Both the position numbers and the translations under genes were made by a program. Under the pieces are notes generated by a model. The model made no database searches and was not told the origin of the DNA. It worked only from the letters and a program-made list of their open reading frames with translations. A stretch of DNA of 64,000 nucleotides from an uncultured delta proteobacterium (GTDB taxonomy: Bacteria > Desulfobacterota > WTBG01), in assembly GCA_963752035.1 (NCBI GenBank), contig CAVVWZ010000031.1, positions 3,115 to 67,114 on the forward strand. The letters run 5' to 3'. Positions within the stretch are counted from its first letter, which is position 1. Each line of letters opens with the position of its first letter. This document shows positions 10,763 through 21,173 of this stretch, one piece after another.

Positions 10763-12148
10763 TTGGAAACATTAGTCTTGGAAAAAACTGCTCCCATGGA
10801 ACTGAACAACAAGAAAACACTGGTCGTCGGATTAGGTGCTACCGGTATCGCAACTGCCCTCTTTTTAAAAGAGCAGGGTGCCCAGGTTACTGTTAGTGAA
10901 AAGAAGAACAGGGGGGATCTCCCACCAGCCACTCAACAACTCTGCAATAAGGGAGTTGTACTTGAAACGGGAGAGCATCGAAACGAAACTTTTTTAAACG
11001 CCGAACTTATCATCGTCAGCCCCGGAGTTTCCCTGGAAACTCCTCCCCTCCAGGCGGCAGCTGCAAAGGGAGTGGAAATCATAAGCGAAATTGAGCTGGC
11101 CTACCGGTTTATTACGGTCCCCATTATTGCCGTAACCGGCACCAACGGAAAGACGACAACCGTAAATCTCATGGCCGACATGTTTGCCTCTTCGGGTAAG
11201 AGGGCTTTCCTGGGTGGTAACGTCGGGAATCCGCTTATCGAATACGTCTTAAACCGCAACCATGCAGAGTATATCATTGCCGAGGTAAGCAGCTTCCAAC
11301 TGGAAGGAATACGCAATTTTAGACCCTTTGTCAGTGTACTCCTCAACCTCAATCACGACCATCTCGACCGTTATGCTTCTTACCGTGATTACATTGCTGC
11401 TAAAGCGAGACTCTTTATCAACCAGACCCCTGAAGACTATGCTATTCTCAATGCCGATGATCCTGAAGTACAAGCACTGGTCCCTTCTATTCGTGCAAGC
11501 AGGCTCTCCTTCAGTTCAGAACGTGAGGTGTCCTGTGGCATATTCTGCAAAGACCACCAGGCCTACTTTACTCAGGGAACCGATCAAACCCGTTTCCCTC
11601 TTGACCATATTCACCTTCCGGGCAACCACAACCGGCACAACATTATGGCGACAATAGCGGTCGGTCAACTGTGCGGGTGTCCCCATGAAGCGATTCAGCA
11701 TACCATTGAAAACTTCAGAGGGCTTCCCCACCGCCTGGAATGGGTGGGAAAAGTTGAAAAGATAGGATTTTACAATGATTCAAAAGCAACCAATGTAAGT
11801 TCAACGGTAAGAGCACTGGAAGCACTTAATCCGCCGGTCATCCTTATTGCAGGCGGGAAAGATAAAGGAGGAGACTACCACCCCCTCATTCCCCTGATTG
11901 AGCAAAAAGTAAAAACCCTTATTCTCATTGGGGAAGCGCAGGAAAAGATGGTTCAAGCCTTTCAGAATACGACATCTATTGTCTGTGCAGAAACCTTTGA
12001 AGAGGCCTTTAGGAAATCACTCGATCACGCAACCGAAGGGGACACTGTTCTTCTATCACCTGCGTGCTCGAGTTTTGATATGTTCTCAAACTATAAAGAA
12101 CGGGGCGAAACCTTTAAGGCACTGGTTAAAAACCTTTCCAGCGATTGA
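10763..12148 (+). CDS. murD: UDP-N-acetylmuramoylalanine--D-glutamate ligase MurD (alternative start at ATG 10796)
   Basis: VVGLGATGIA Rossmann N-terminus and VTGTNGKTTT P-loop, in the dcw position. Confidence 0.9.
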   Translation: METLVLEKTAPMELNNKKTLVVGLGATGIATALFLKEQGAQVTVSEKKNRGDLPPATQQLCNKGVVLETGEHRNETFLNAELIIVSPGVSLETPPLQAAAAKGVEIISEIELAYRFITVPIIAVTGTNGKTTTVNLMADMFASSGKRAFLGGNVGNPLIEYVLNRNHAEYIIAEVSSFQLEGIRNFRPFVSVLLNLNHDHLDRYASYRDYIAAKARLFINQTPEDYAILNADDPEVQALVPSIRASRLSFSSEREVSCGIFCKDHQAYFTQGTDQTRFPLDHIHLPGNHNRHNIMATIAVGQLCGCPHEAIQHTIENFRGLPHRLEWVGKVEKIGFYNDSKATNVSSTVRALEALNPPVILIAGGKDKGGDYHPLIPLIEQKVKTLILIGEAQEKMVQAFQNTTSIVCAETFEEAFRKSLDHATEGDTVLLSPACSSFDMFSNYKERGETFKALVKNLSSD

Positions 12149-12164
12149 CCCACGGAGGGAACTA

Positions 12165-13274
12165 ATGGAAACACGTAAAGTATATGACAATCTGATTCTC
12201 TTGACGGTGCTTACCTGCGTGATTATTGGTATCATCATGGTGTACAGCTCAAGTTCGGTCTCTGCCGCAAAAAATTTCGGCACCGGAACCTATTTTCTTA
12301 AGCGGCAGATATGCTTTGCAGGAATTGGTTTTCTCCTTATGTTTCTGGCAATGAGAATACGATATCAGTATCTGAAGCACTTCGTATACTACATTCTCAT
12401 AGGCAGCATTCTGCTTCTGATCCTCGTTTTGATCCCGGGAGTGGGCACAACCATCGGCGGTTCCACACGGTGGTTCAGGTTTGGACCAATCTCATTTCAG
12501 CCGTCAGAGTTCACCAAACTGGCCCTGGTCATATTCCTTGCATATTCTTTATCCAATAAAACAGACAAAATCAAGACCTTCTCCATTGGATTTCTCCCTC
12601 ACGTAATTGCCACAATCATCCTGGTTTGCCTGCTTCTCTTGCAGCCGGATTTCGGTTCAGCCATGATTCTCGTTTCTCTCTTCACTATTCTCATATTTGC
12701 AGCAGGCAGTAACCTGAAACACCTTGCATCTTTCATAGCGGTGAGTACTGTGGGATGTTACTTTCTTATTTCTTCCGCCAGCTACCGATTAGCCCGGTTT
12801 ACTGCATTTCTCGATCCCTGGAGCGATCCCATGGCTACCGGCTTTCAGATTATTCAGTCATTCTTAGCCTTCGGTTCGGGTGGGCTCTGGGGAACCGGGC
12901 TCGGCAATGGTAAGCAAAAGCTTTTTTACCTTCCCGAACCTCACACCGATTTTATTTTTTCCATAATTGGAGAAGAACTGGGATTTATTGGAGTCATTGC
13001 AGTTATCGTTCTCTTTATCATCCTCACCTATTGCGGAATAAAAATATGTGCTAACGCGCCGGATCTCTTTGGAACCTATTTAGCCCTCGGCATCACTTCC
13101 TTCATTGTGCTGCACGCGGTCATTAATCTGGGTGTTGTAATGGGACTGTTACCCACAAAAGGGTCAACCTTACCCTTCATCAGCTACGGGGGGACATCGT
13201 TGGTAGTCAACCTCACGGGTATTGGCATTTTACTTAATATTTCGTCCCAATTCTCGATGAAACGTACGTCATGA
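12165..13274 (+). CDS. ftsW: Peptidoglycan glycosyltransferase FtsW (SEDS family)
   Basis: ATG at 12165 follows a GGAGGGA Shine-Dalgarno. The protein is polytopic, with RWFRFGPISFQPSEF and PFISYGGTS motifs. The upstream 79 codons of ORF 11928 overlap murD and are not credible. Confidence 0.9.
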   Translation: METRKVYDNLILLTVLTCVIIGIIMVYSSSSVSAAKNFGTGTYFLKRQICFAGIGFLLMFLAMRIRYQYLKHFVYYILIGSILLLILVLIPGVGTTIGGSTRWFRFGPISFQPSEFTKLALVIFLAYSLSNKTDKIKTFSIGFLPHVIATIILVCLLLLQPDFGSAMILVSLFTILIFAAGSNLKHLASFIAVSTVGCYFLISSASYRLARFTAFLDPWSDPMATGFQIIQSFLAFGSGGLWGTGLGNGKQKLFYLPEPHTDFIFSIIGEELGFIGVIAVIVLFIILTYCGIKICANAPDLFGTYLALGITSFIVLHAVINLGVVMGLLPTKGSTLPFISYGGTSLVVNLTGIGILLNISSQFSMKRTS

Positions 13275-14344
13275 AAATAATTATCGCTGCTGGTGGAACA
13301 GGAGGACACCTGTTCCCGGGAATAGCTCTTGCTCAAGCCTTCACGGAAAAAAACAGTGCTAATCAGCTGCTCTTTATTGGAACAAAACGGGAACTGGATA
13401 AGAAAACCATTGCTCCCTACGGTTTTTCATTTGTTGCTATTGATGCTACAAGTATAAAAGGAAAAAATGTAGTTGCCATGTTTACATCGTCCCTGTATAC
13501 CTTCAAAAGTATTGTGCAATCTATGCGAATGATAAAAACCTTTTCACCTGATCTGGTTATCGGTCTGGGAGGATACGTTTCCGGTCCCGTTGTGCTGGCT
13601 GCCTCCATGATGGGTGTTAAAACAGCCATTCACGAACAAAACACCATTCCCGGTCTCGCAAACAGGATGCTCGGGAAAATCGCAGACCGTATCTTTATCT
13701 CTTTTGCATGCTCACAATCCTACTTTCCGCAGCACAAAACTGTGATGCTGGGAAACCCCGTAAGCAAACAGCACATACGGGAAGCGGGACAATCACACGG
13801 TGAAACACCATTCACGCTGCTTGTTATAGGCGGCAGCCTTGGTTCTCATCAGATCAACCGTGCTCTCATTGATGCCCTCGAATACCTGATGCCCATTAAA
13901 AACACCCTGAGGATCATTCATCAAACCGGTGCAGGTGATATCACAATGGTGAGAGAAGCCTACCAGACAGAAGGATTCAGTGCTGAGGTTGTTCCCTTTA
14001 TCAATGAGATTGCTCCTGCGTACAGTCAGGCCCATCTGGTCATCTCACGAGCGGGGGCAACAACACTTGCGGAGCTTATGATCCATCGCAAGGCTGCTAT
14101 ACTTATCCCCTACCCTCTTGCAGCTGACCGGCACCAGCACCGGAATGCAGGTGTCCTTGTTGATGAAGAAGCGGCCATGATGATCGATCCGGAGCACTTA
14201 ACCGGCAAGTGTTTAGCCGGACAGATCCTTGATCTCTATCATCATCCGGAACGCTTGTCCGCACTGGAACAAAACGCAGGTAAAATGAGCCGGCCACATG
14301 CCGCCCGTGATATTGTTGATCACTGTTATAAACTCGTAGCTTAG
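13271..14344 (+). CDS. murG: Undecaprenyldiphospho-muramoylpentapeptide beta-N-acetylglucosaminyltransferase MurG
   Basis: 357 aa with GGTGGHLFPG and SRAGATTLAEL motifs. Confidence 0.9.
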   Translation: MKIIIAAGGTGGHLFPGIALAQAFTEKNSANQLLFIGTKRELDKKTIAPYGFSFVAIDATSIKGKNVVAMFTSSLYTFKSIVQSMRMIKTFSPDLVIGLGGYVSGPVVLAASMMGVKTAIHEQNTIPGLANRMLGKIADRIFISFACSQSYFPQHKTVMLGNPVSKQHIREAGQSHGETPFTLLVIGGSLGSHQINRALIDALEYLMPIKNTLRIIHQTGAGDITMVREAYQTEGFSAEVVPFINEIAPAYSQAHLVISRAGATTLAELMIHRKAAILIPYPLAADRHQHRNAGVLVDEEAAMMIDPEHLTGKCLAGQILDLYHHPERLSALEQNAGKMSRPHAARDIVDHCYKLVA

Positions 14345-14351
14345 GAAAACA

Positions 14352-15728
14352 ATGTATCAAAGCATTAAACACATCTATTTTGTGGGAATCGGAGGAGTCG
14401 GCATGAGCGGTATTGCCGAAGTGCTTCTCAATCTCGGCTACAAGGTGAGTGGCTCAGACCTGAAGCTGACCGAAACCACTGAACGGCTTCAACGACTCGG
14501 GGCAACTATTCTTCAGGGACACCGGGAAGAGAATCTCACCGATGCAGATGTGGTTGTCATCTCCTCAGCCGTCAAGGCCACTAACCCTGAAGTCATTACA
14601 GCCCGCAGCAGAGCAATCCCTGTTATTCCCCGGGCAGAAATGCTCGCGGAACTGATGAGATTGAAGTACGGCATCGCCGTAGCTGGTGCCCATGGAAAAA
14701 CCACCGCAACTTCTCTCATCGGTATGATCCTGGACCGGGGAGGCATCAGCCCTACGGTAGTCATTGGAGGAAAGCTCAACACTATCAATACTAATACCAT
14801 CCTCGGGACCGGTGATTTCATGGTAGTGGAAGCCGATGAAAGTGACGGTTCCTTCTTGAAACTCTCCCCAACCATAGCAGTCATAACCAATATCGATCCC
14901 GAACACCTGGACTATTACCAGAATGTAGGTGAAATTAAACGCGCCTTTACCACTTTTGCCAACAAGGTCCCCTTCTATGGGCTCACCATACTCTGTCTGG
15001 ACAATGAACATGTACAGGACTTAATGCCCCACCTGGAAAAACGTTACCTGACCTACGGTTTAACACCCCAGGCTGATTTACAGGCCCGTGAGATTGCCGT
15101 GCACGGTTTATCCATGACCTTCAAAGTGTTTCTCCACAATGAGGAACTGGGAACAGTAGAACTCAAAATGCCCGGGGTACATAATGTACACAACGCCCTG
15201 GCGGCAATCGCCGTTGCAGTGGAACTCAACCTCGATTTTTCAGTTATACAGGAGGCACTTAAAACCTTCGAAGGGATACACCGCAGATTTCAGCTCAAAG
15301 GAGAGTTTCATCAGATAACACTTGTTGATGACTATGGGCACCACCCCACAGAAATCAAAGCAACTCTAAGCGCTGCAAAGAACATTTGGCAACAGCGATT
15401 GGTAGTGATCTTCCAGCCCCACCGCTACACCAGGACAAGGGATCTGTTTAAGGACTTTCTCACCGCCTTTAATCAGGCGGACATTCTTCTGCTCACTGAC
15501 ATTTATCCCGCTGGAGAAGACCCCCTGCCTGGAGTAAATGCTGAAAATCTCTTCCAGGGAATAAAAGAGCACGGGCACAAACAGGTTCACTTTTGTCCCC
15601 GCAGGGAAGACATTGCTGATGATCTTCTCAAGATGCTTAATCCCGGAGACATTGTCATTACCCTCGGTGCAGGGGATATCTGGCAGTTAGGAGAACAGTT
15701 GCAGGACAAACTGCAAGAACTACCCTAA
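14352..15728 (+). CDS. murC: UDP-N-acetylmuramate--L-alanine ligase MurC
   Basis: 458 aa with FVGIGGVGMSGIAE, AGAHGKTT and DDYGHHPTE motifs. Confidence 0.9.
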   Translation: MYQSIKHIYFVGIGGVGMSGIAEVLLNLGYKVSGSDLKLTETTERLQRLGATILQGHREENLTDADVVVISSAVKATNPEVITARSRAIPVIPRAEMLAELMRLKYGIAVAGAHGKTTATSLIGMILDRGGISPTVVIGGKLNTINTNTILGTGDFMVVEADESDGSFLKLSPTIAVITNIDPEHLDYYQNVGEIKRAFTTFANKVPFYGLTILCLDNEHVQDLMPHLEKRYLTYGLTPQADLQAREIAVHGLSMTFKVFLHNEELGTVELKMPGVHNVHNALAAIAVAVELNLDFSVIQEALKTFEGIHRRFQLKGEFHQITLVDDYGHHPTEIKATLSAAKNIWQQRLVVIFQPHRYTRTRDLFKDFLTAFNQADILLLTDIYPAGEDPLPGVNAENLFQGIKEHGHKQVHFCPRREDIADDLLKMLNPGDIVITLGAGDIWQLGEQLQDKLQELP

Positions 15729-15729
15729 G

Positions 15730-16662
15730 TTGACGTTCATGGAGCATGACACCTTAAAGGAACTGGGCACCACGCTTAAGGGAAAAATACTCTATCAGGT
15801 TTCCCTTAGCCGTTACACCTCTCTTCACGTGGGGGGGATTGCTGATATAATGATTTATCCTGCAAATGTGCAGGAACTGCAAACAGTCATAAACTACAGC
15901 CGCAAACATGCAATGCCTTACTGCATTATGGGCCGGGGAACCAATTTGTTAATCAAAGATGGTGGTATTCGAGGGATAGTCATAAAACTGTCCCGATGCT
16001 GCAATACCATCAAAGTCACAGAGACTGTTCCCGGCCAGGTCACACTGACCGCAGGTGCCGGCGTGTCACTAACAAGACTCCTGACCTTTGTCATAAAAGG
16101 TAGCCTGTCAGGCTTAGAATTTTTAAGTGGCATACCCGGCTCACTGGGAGGAGCTCTGGCAATGAACGCAGGCGCTCAGGGTAAAGAAATGAAAGATGTG
16201 ACTGAAACCATCACGCTACTCACCCCTCAGGCAGAAGTCATTGAAAAAAACTCCGGTGAGCTGCAATTTAGCTACAGAAGCTTAGCCCTCTCCAGGGGCA
16301 CAGTCATTCTCAAGGCAGTGCTGAAAATGAAGCAGAGCACCAGAAAGATCCTGCAGGGTCGAATAGAAAAGATCAATAGGTGGCGAAGGCGCGTGCAGCC
16401 CCTTAATCTTCCCAGTGCAGGATCGGTCTTTAAAAATCCTCCCGGCCAGTCAGCCGGTCAATTAGTGGAACAGGCTGGTCTCAAGGGATTTAGGCTGGGA
16501 AATGCCCAGGTCTCCGATAAACACGCCAACTTCATTGTAAACCGGGGTGGGGCAACTGCACAGGATATCCTTTCACTTATGGACATCATGCAAGACAGAG
16601 TTTTTCAAGCAACAGGAATAGAGCTTGAACCAGAAATATGCATAGCAGGAGAAAATGGGTAG
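15730..16662 (+). CDS. murB: UDP-N-acetylenolpyruvoylglucosamine reductase MurB (ATG at 15739 is an alternative start)
   Basis: 310 aa with an FAD-binding domain, GRGTNLL, and GSVFKNP in the C-terminal part. Confidence 0.9.
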   Translation: MTFMEHDTLKELGTTLKGKILYQVSLSRYTSLHVGGIADIMIYPANVQELQTVINYSRKHAMPYCIMGRGTNLLIKDGGIRGIVIKLSRCCNTIKVTETVPGQVTLTAGAGVSLTRLLTFVIKGSLSGLEFLSGIPGSLGGALAMNAGAQGKEMKDVTETITLLTPQAEVIEKNSGELQFSYRSLALSRGTVILKAVLKMKQSTRKILQGRIEKINRWRRRVQPLNLPSAGSVFKNPPGQSAGQLVEQAGLKGFRLGNAQVSDKHANFIVNRGGATAQDILSLMDIMQDRVFQATGIELEPEICIAGENG

Positions 16663-17605
16663 CGTCAGGCACAAAGCTTATAGAAAAAAAAGAATTGGCG
16701 TCCTGATGGGCGGGTCTTCTGCTGAACGGGCAATATCACTTCGCACGGGCAAGGCCGTTCTCAAGGCCCTCCAGGCTAAGCACTATAACGCCGAGGGAAT
16801 CGATGTGAACAGGTCCATAGCACAAACACTTCTCAAAAAGAAGATTGAACTTGCCTTCATAGCCCTTCATGGTACAGTAGGAGAAGACGGAACAATTCAG
16901 GGAATGTTAGAAATGATGCAGATTCCCTATACCGGATCGGGACTGCTTGCCAGCGCTCTAGCTATGCACAAGGGAATGGCCAAGACAATCCTGCGGCACC
17001 ATGGGATGCCTACTGCTGACTTCCAGGTTATACAGGCAAATGAAATCGAACGGGCCGGTTTTCATCAAACGGTAAAGATTCCCCTGCCTTTAGTGGTGAA
17101 ACCCATTGCCGAGGGATCAACTATTGGAACCAGCATTGTGACTAACAAAAGGAATCTTCGTAGTGCCTGCAGAGAGGCAGTCCGTTTCGATCAGCAGGTA
17201 CTGCTGGAACGGTTTATCGTGGGAAGAGAAATTACTACAGGAATCGTAAACGGCAAAGCACTTCCCGTAATTGAGATTATTCCCCGGGAGGGTTTTTACA
17301 ATTACCGCTCCAAGTACACCCCCGGCAGTACTGATTACATTGTACCCGCTCGTATCGGGAAACGCACAGCTGCGAAAATCCAAGAGCTGTCTGTCAGGGC
17401 TTACCATGCACTGAAATGTGAGGGAGTTGCACGGGTTGACCTTATGCTGAGTCACAAGCGCAATCAGCCATATATTCTGGAGATTAATACCATACCCGGA
17501 ATGACTGAAACCAGCCTGCTGCCCATGGCGGCCGAATCTGCTGGCATCTCTTTCGAAGATCTCGTAGAACAGATTATTTTCACTGCTCGATTAAAGGCAC
17601 TGTAA
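16655..17605 (+). CDS. ddl: D-alanine--D-alanine ligase
   Basis: 316 aa with an ATP-grasp fold, HGTVGEDGTIQG, and a C-terminal EINTIPGMT motif. Confidence 0.9.
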   Translation: MGSVRHKAYRKKRIGVLMGGSSAERAISLRTGKAVLKALQAKHYNAEGIDVNRSIAQTLLKKKIELAFIALHGTVGEDGTIQGMLEMMQIPYTGSGLLASALAMHKGMAKTILRHHGMPTADFQVIQANEIERAGFHQTVKIPLPLVVKPIAEGSTIGTSIVTNKRNLRSACREAVRFDQQVLLERFIVGREITTGIVNGKALPVIEIIPREGFYNYRSKYTPGSTDYIVPARIGKRTAAKIQELSVRAYHALKCEGVARVDLMLSHKRNQPYILEINTIPGMTETSLLPMAAESAGISFEDLVEQIIFTARLKAL

Positions 17606-17610
17606 TACAT

Positions 17611-18465
17611 ATGGCACGTACTACCATACACTATAAAACACAGCGCATAAGAAACCGGCGTACCAGCACAAAAAAAAGAACCCGGGGGAAACGGGACTTG
17701 ACCCATATCTTTCTGGTGTGTCTCAGGTATACCCTTACAAGCCTGGGTATTGTTTCCATTGCCCTTACCTCTGTCATGATCTATAAAGAGCTGCTACAGT
17801 TGCCTTTTCTGCAGGTAAAAAAGATCCAGGTAGAGGGGTGCGTCCACCAAACCCCTGCGGAAATTCTGGATATCGCTGGCATACACCCGCAGGTCAATCT
17901 GCTCTCACTTGATCTCAAAGACATTTGCCACCAGTTGGAAAGCTCCCCGTGGATTGACAAAGCCCAGGTTAAACGGACATTCCCTGATCAATTATATATC
18001 AGTATCTCGGAGAGGAAACCGGAAGCTCTGATCAATTTAAACCAACTCCACCTGGTCGACGGCAGGGGAGTCATATTTAAAAAAGTCGAGCGGCAGGAGG
18101 GACAGGATCTACCCATCTTGACAGGAATAAGCTGGGAAAATCTGATGCGTCAGAAAAAAAAGCATACCATGCTCATCAGCGAGGCCCTCTCTCTCATTAA
18201 TCTTTTTGAGCAAGAAGGGATACCGCTGTCAGAAATTTCAGAAATCAATATCGACCCTGTCCTCGGGCTGACAGTATTTACTACAAACAACACACTGCAA
18301 ATAAAAATGGGATTTGCTCCCTTCGAAAAAAAGTGCAGCCGATTGTATGCAATCATGGAAGATCTCAAAAGCAAACATCTCACTCCACAAATAATAGACC
18401 TTGATTATCGGCATAAAGCCTTTGTAAAAGCTAAACCACAAAGTGGAACAAAACAAGCTATCTGA
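17611..18465 (+). CDS. ftsQ: Cell division protein FtsQ
   Basis: 284 aa with a basic N-terminus, one TM helix and a POTRA-like segment (KKIQVEGC...EILDIAGI). It lies between ddl and ftsA. Confidence 0.75.
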   Translation: MARTTIHYKTQRIRNRRTSTKKRTRGKRDLTHIFLVCLRYTLTSLGIVSIALTSVMIYKELLQLPFLQVKKIQVEGCVHQTPAEILDIAGIHPQVNLLSLDLKDICHQLESSPWIDKAQVKRTFPDQLYISISERKPEALINLNQLHLVDGRGVIFKKVERQEGQDLPILTGISWENLMRQKKKHTMLISEALSLINLFEQEGIPLSEISEINIDPVLGLTVFTTNNTLQIKMGFAPFEKKCSRLYAIMEDLKSKHLTPQIIDLDYRHKAFVKAKPQSGTKQAI

Positions 18466-18481
18466 AAGGAGGTGAAAGAAA

Positions 18482-19711
18482 ATGGGGCAAAATGGAAATG
18501 TAATCGTAGGACTTGATCTTGGAACAACTAAGACCTGTGCCCTGGTGGGAGAAGTGCATAAGGAGGGAATTGACATCATTGGTTTTGGTAGCACATCATC
18601 CAAGGGATTACGGAAAGGGGTGGTCATTAACATTGAAAGCACTGTGGATTCCATCAATAAAGTTCTGGAGGAGGCCGAGCTGATGTCAGGCTGTAAAATA
18701 AGTGGTGTCTACACCGGGATTGCCGGCAGCCACATCAAGGGTCTCAACAGTCACGGGGTAATCGGGATTAAAGATGGTGAGGTGACCAAGCATGACATTA
18801 GCAGGGTCATTGAAGCAGCGAAAGCTATCGCGATCCCTTTGGACAGGGAGATTATTCACATACTCCCCCAGGAATTTGTTGTTGATGGCCAAAATGGTAT
18901 CAATGATCCTTTGGGCATGGCCGGTGTGCGCCTGGAAACCAACGTACACATGGTTACCGGATTAGCATCATCAGCGCAAAACATCATCAAGTGTGCTAAT
19001 CGCAATGGCATATCTGTCAAGGAGCTCGTACTGCAACCCCTTGCATCCTCAGAATCTACGCTGGAAGAGGACGAAAGGGAACTTGGTGTCGTTTTGGTTG
19101 ACATCGGTGGGGGAACTACCGATATCGCCTTTCTTAAGGGAGGCAGTATTCGATACACATCAATACTCGCCCTGGGAGGAGATCACATTACTTCGGACAT
19201 CGCGGTTGGACTGAGAACTTCTTTAACACAGGCGGAAGAACTGAAAGTTACGTATGGATCCACCGTTAGTTCTCACGCTGCACGGGATGAAACACTTGAC
19301 GTAACCTTTATGGGAGGATCGAATCCAAGGAAGGTGTCCCGGCAATTTCTCTGTCAAATCATCAACTCACGCATAGAGGAAATATTCAAGCTGGTTCACA
19401 AAGAAATCCTCAGAACAGGATACCGGGAACTTGTGGCACCAAGTGTGGTACTGACCGGGGGAACCTCTCTGCTTGAGGGAATCACTGAAACCGGAGAACA
19501 GATACTTAACCTTCCCGTGAGGGTGGGATACCCAAACACCGTTGGTGGACTGTCAGAAATTGTAAAAAGCCCGGTCTACGCAACAGCCGTAGGTCTTCTC
19601 CTTTACGGCATGAAGCACACATCCTACAGCAACAACGGTACCAAGGGGTACAAACATATGTTCAGCAGGATAACCCAGAGCGCAAAAAACTGGTTTGCTG
19701 AAGTTATATAA
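18482..19711 (+). CDS. ftsA: Cell division protein FtsA
   Basis: 409 aa of the actin-like ATPase family, with VGLDLGTTK, DIGGGTTD and VLTGG motifs. Confidence 0.9.
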   Translation: MGQNGNVIVGLDLGTTKTCALVGEVHKEGIDIIGFGSTSSKGLRKGVVINIESTVDSINKVLEEAELMSGCKISGVYTGIAGSHIKGLNSHGVIGIKDGEVTKHDISRVIEAAKAIAIPLDREIIHILPQEFVVDGQNGINDPLGMAGVRLETNVHMVTGLASSAQNIIKCANRNGISVKELVLQPLASSESTLEEDERELGVVLVDIGGGTTDIAFLKGGSIRYTSILALGGDHITSDIAVGLRTSLTQAEELKVTYGSTVSSHAARDETLDVTFMGGSNPRKVSRQFLCQIINSRIEEIFKLVHKEILRTGYRELVAPSVVLTGGTSLLEGITETGEQILNLPVRVGYPNTVGGLSEIVKSPVYATAVGLLLYGMKHTSYSNNGTKGYKHMFSRITQSAKNWFAEVI

Positions 19712-19764
19712 ATATTCACATTGATCGAGCACAAACACACACCGAAAATAGATAAAAATGGTTG

Positions 19765-19793
19765 TTGACTTCTTTCAGCAAATACTATATATT
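19765..19793 (+). promoter_or_regulatory. Putative sigma70 promoter upstream of ftsZ (TTGACT-N17-TATATT)
   Basis: Hexamers at 19765-19770 and 19788-19793, in the 210-bp ftsA-ftsZ spacer. Confidence 0.4.
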
Positions 19794-19921
19794 CTAGTAC
19801 TAAATAAACAAGCTACAATATATAGTGGAATAAAATGGCCATTTAAGAAACTCGGCAGAGTAATGCGGCTCTGTGATCATGACATGTGGTGGCAGCAGCC
19901 GGTTCAAGAAAGGAGGTACAG

Positions 19922-21100
19922 ATGAGCTTATTTGAGATTGAGGAAGACGTACGACGGGTTGCAAAAATCAAAATTATTGGTGTGGGTGGTGGTGGGTGCA
20001 ATGCGATCAATACAATGATAAGTTCTAACCTGGAGGGTGTTGAGTTTATTGCAGCGAATACCGATCTACAGGCCTTGACCAATTCACTTTCCACTGTAAA
20101 AATTCAGCTCGGTGCCCAATTGACCAAAGGTCTGGGTGCAGGAGCAAATCCTGAAATCGGAAGGAATGCTACCCTCGAGGACACTGACAAAATACGGGAA
20201 GAGCTGAGCGGGGCTGATATGATCTTTATCACCGCTGGGCTAGGGGGTGGAACCGGAACTGGTGCAGCACCTATTATTGCAGACATCGCAAAAGAACTGG
20301 GCGCCCTTACCGTAGCGGTTGTGACAAAGCCATTTCTTTTTGAAGGGAAAAGGAGACAGCTGGTTGCTGAAAAAGGACTGCAAGAACTGAAACAATCCGT
20401 AGACACGCTCATCGCCATTCCCAATCAACGATTACTGAGCATAAGTGACAGAAACATCTCCTTACTCGGAAGCTTTAGAAAAGCTGATGAGGTTTTGCTC
20501 CATGCCTCAAAATCAATCTCTGATTTAATTACCATTCCCGGATTAATCAACCTCGATTTTGCAGATGTAAAAACCATCATGTCCGAAATGGGAATGGCTT
20601 TCATGGGAATGGGCGTTGCCTCAGGAGAAAACAAAGCAATTGAAGCAACACACAAGGCCATATCCAGTCCGCTTTTAGAAGATATTTCAATCAGTGGAGC
20701 ACAAGGTTTACTCATTAACATCAGCGGCGGAGAAAACCTTACGCTGCACGAAGTCAATGATGCTTCAACACTGATTCAGGAAGAGGCCGATGACGGAGCC
20801 AATATTATCTTCGGCGCTGTCATTGATTCCCGCATGGAGGATGAAATCCGCATTACCGTCATTGCAACCGGATTTGGAACAAGAGATGAGCAACGTATAG
20901 ATGATTTTAAAAGGACTGCTGCTCCCCCACTCGAACCTGTCGAAGACCAGGACGTACCTGCTTTCCTCCGCAGTGACTTTGAAAACGATGAACCAGAAGT
21001 AACAAAAATAGGGACCATCGTTAGCAACTTTGTAAATGATGAGTATGACATCCCTACGTTTTTACGGGACAGTGAAGATCTGGAACCAAATGAGGCTTGA
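19922..21100 (+). CDS. ftsZ: Cell division GTPase FtsZ
   Basis: ATG at 19922 follows an AAAGGAGG Shine-Dalgarno. The protein has the GVGGGGCNA and GGGTGTGA tubulin signatures and a C-terminal DIPTFLR peptide. Confidence 0.95.
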   Translation: MSLFEIEEDVRRVAKIKIIGVGGGGCNAINTMISSNLEGVEFIAANTDLQALTNSLSTVKIQLGAQLTKGLGAGANPEIGRNATLEDTDKIREELSGADMIFITAGLGGGTGTGAAPIIADIAKELGALTVAVVTKPFLFEGKRRQLVAEKGLQELKQSVDTLIAIPNQRLLSISDRNISLLGSFRKADEVLLHASKSISDLITIPGLINLDFADVKTIMSEMGMAFMGMGVASGENKAIEATHKAISSPLLEDISISGAQGLLINISGGENLTLHEVNDASTLIQEEADDGANIIFGAVIDSRMEDEIRITVIATGFGTRDEQRIDDFKRTAAPPLEPVEDQDVPAFLRSDFENDEPEVTKIGTIVSNFVNDEYDIPTFLRDSEDLEPNEA

Positions 21101-21173
21101 CCCCCAATACTGCAACACAATTGAGATTGTCAAGTTTGATAGAACGCATTAACACTTTACTGGTTTTCACCTC

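Noticed and set aside
11928-12164. The 79-codon N-terminal extension of the ftsW ORF, overlapping the 3' end of murD.
   Set aside because: The extension is basic and low-complexity with no FtsW similarity. ATG 12165, with a GGAGGGA Shine-Dalgarno just after the murD stop, gives a normal FtsW N-terminus.
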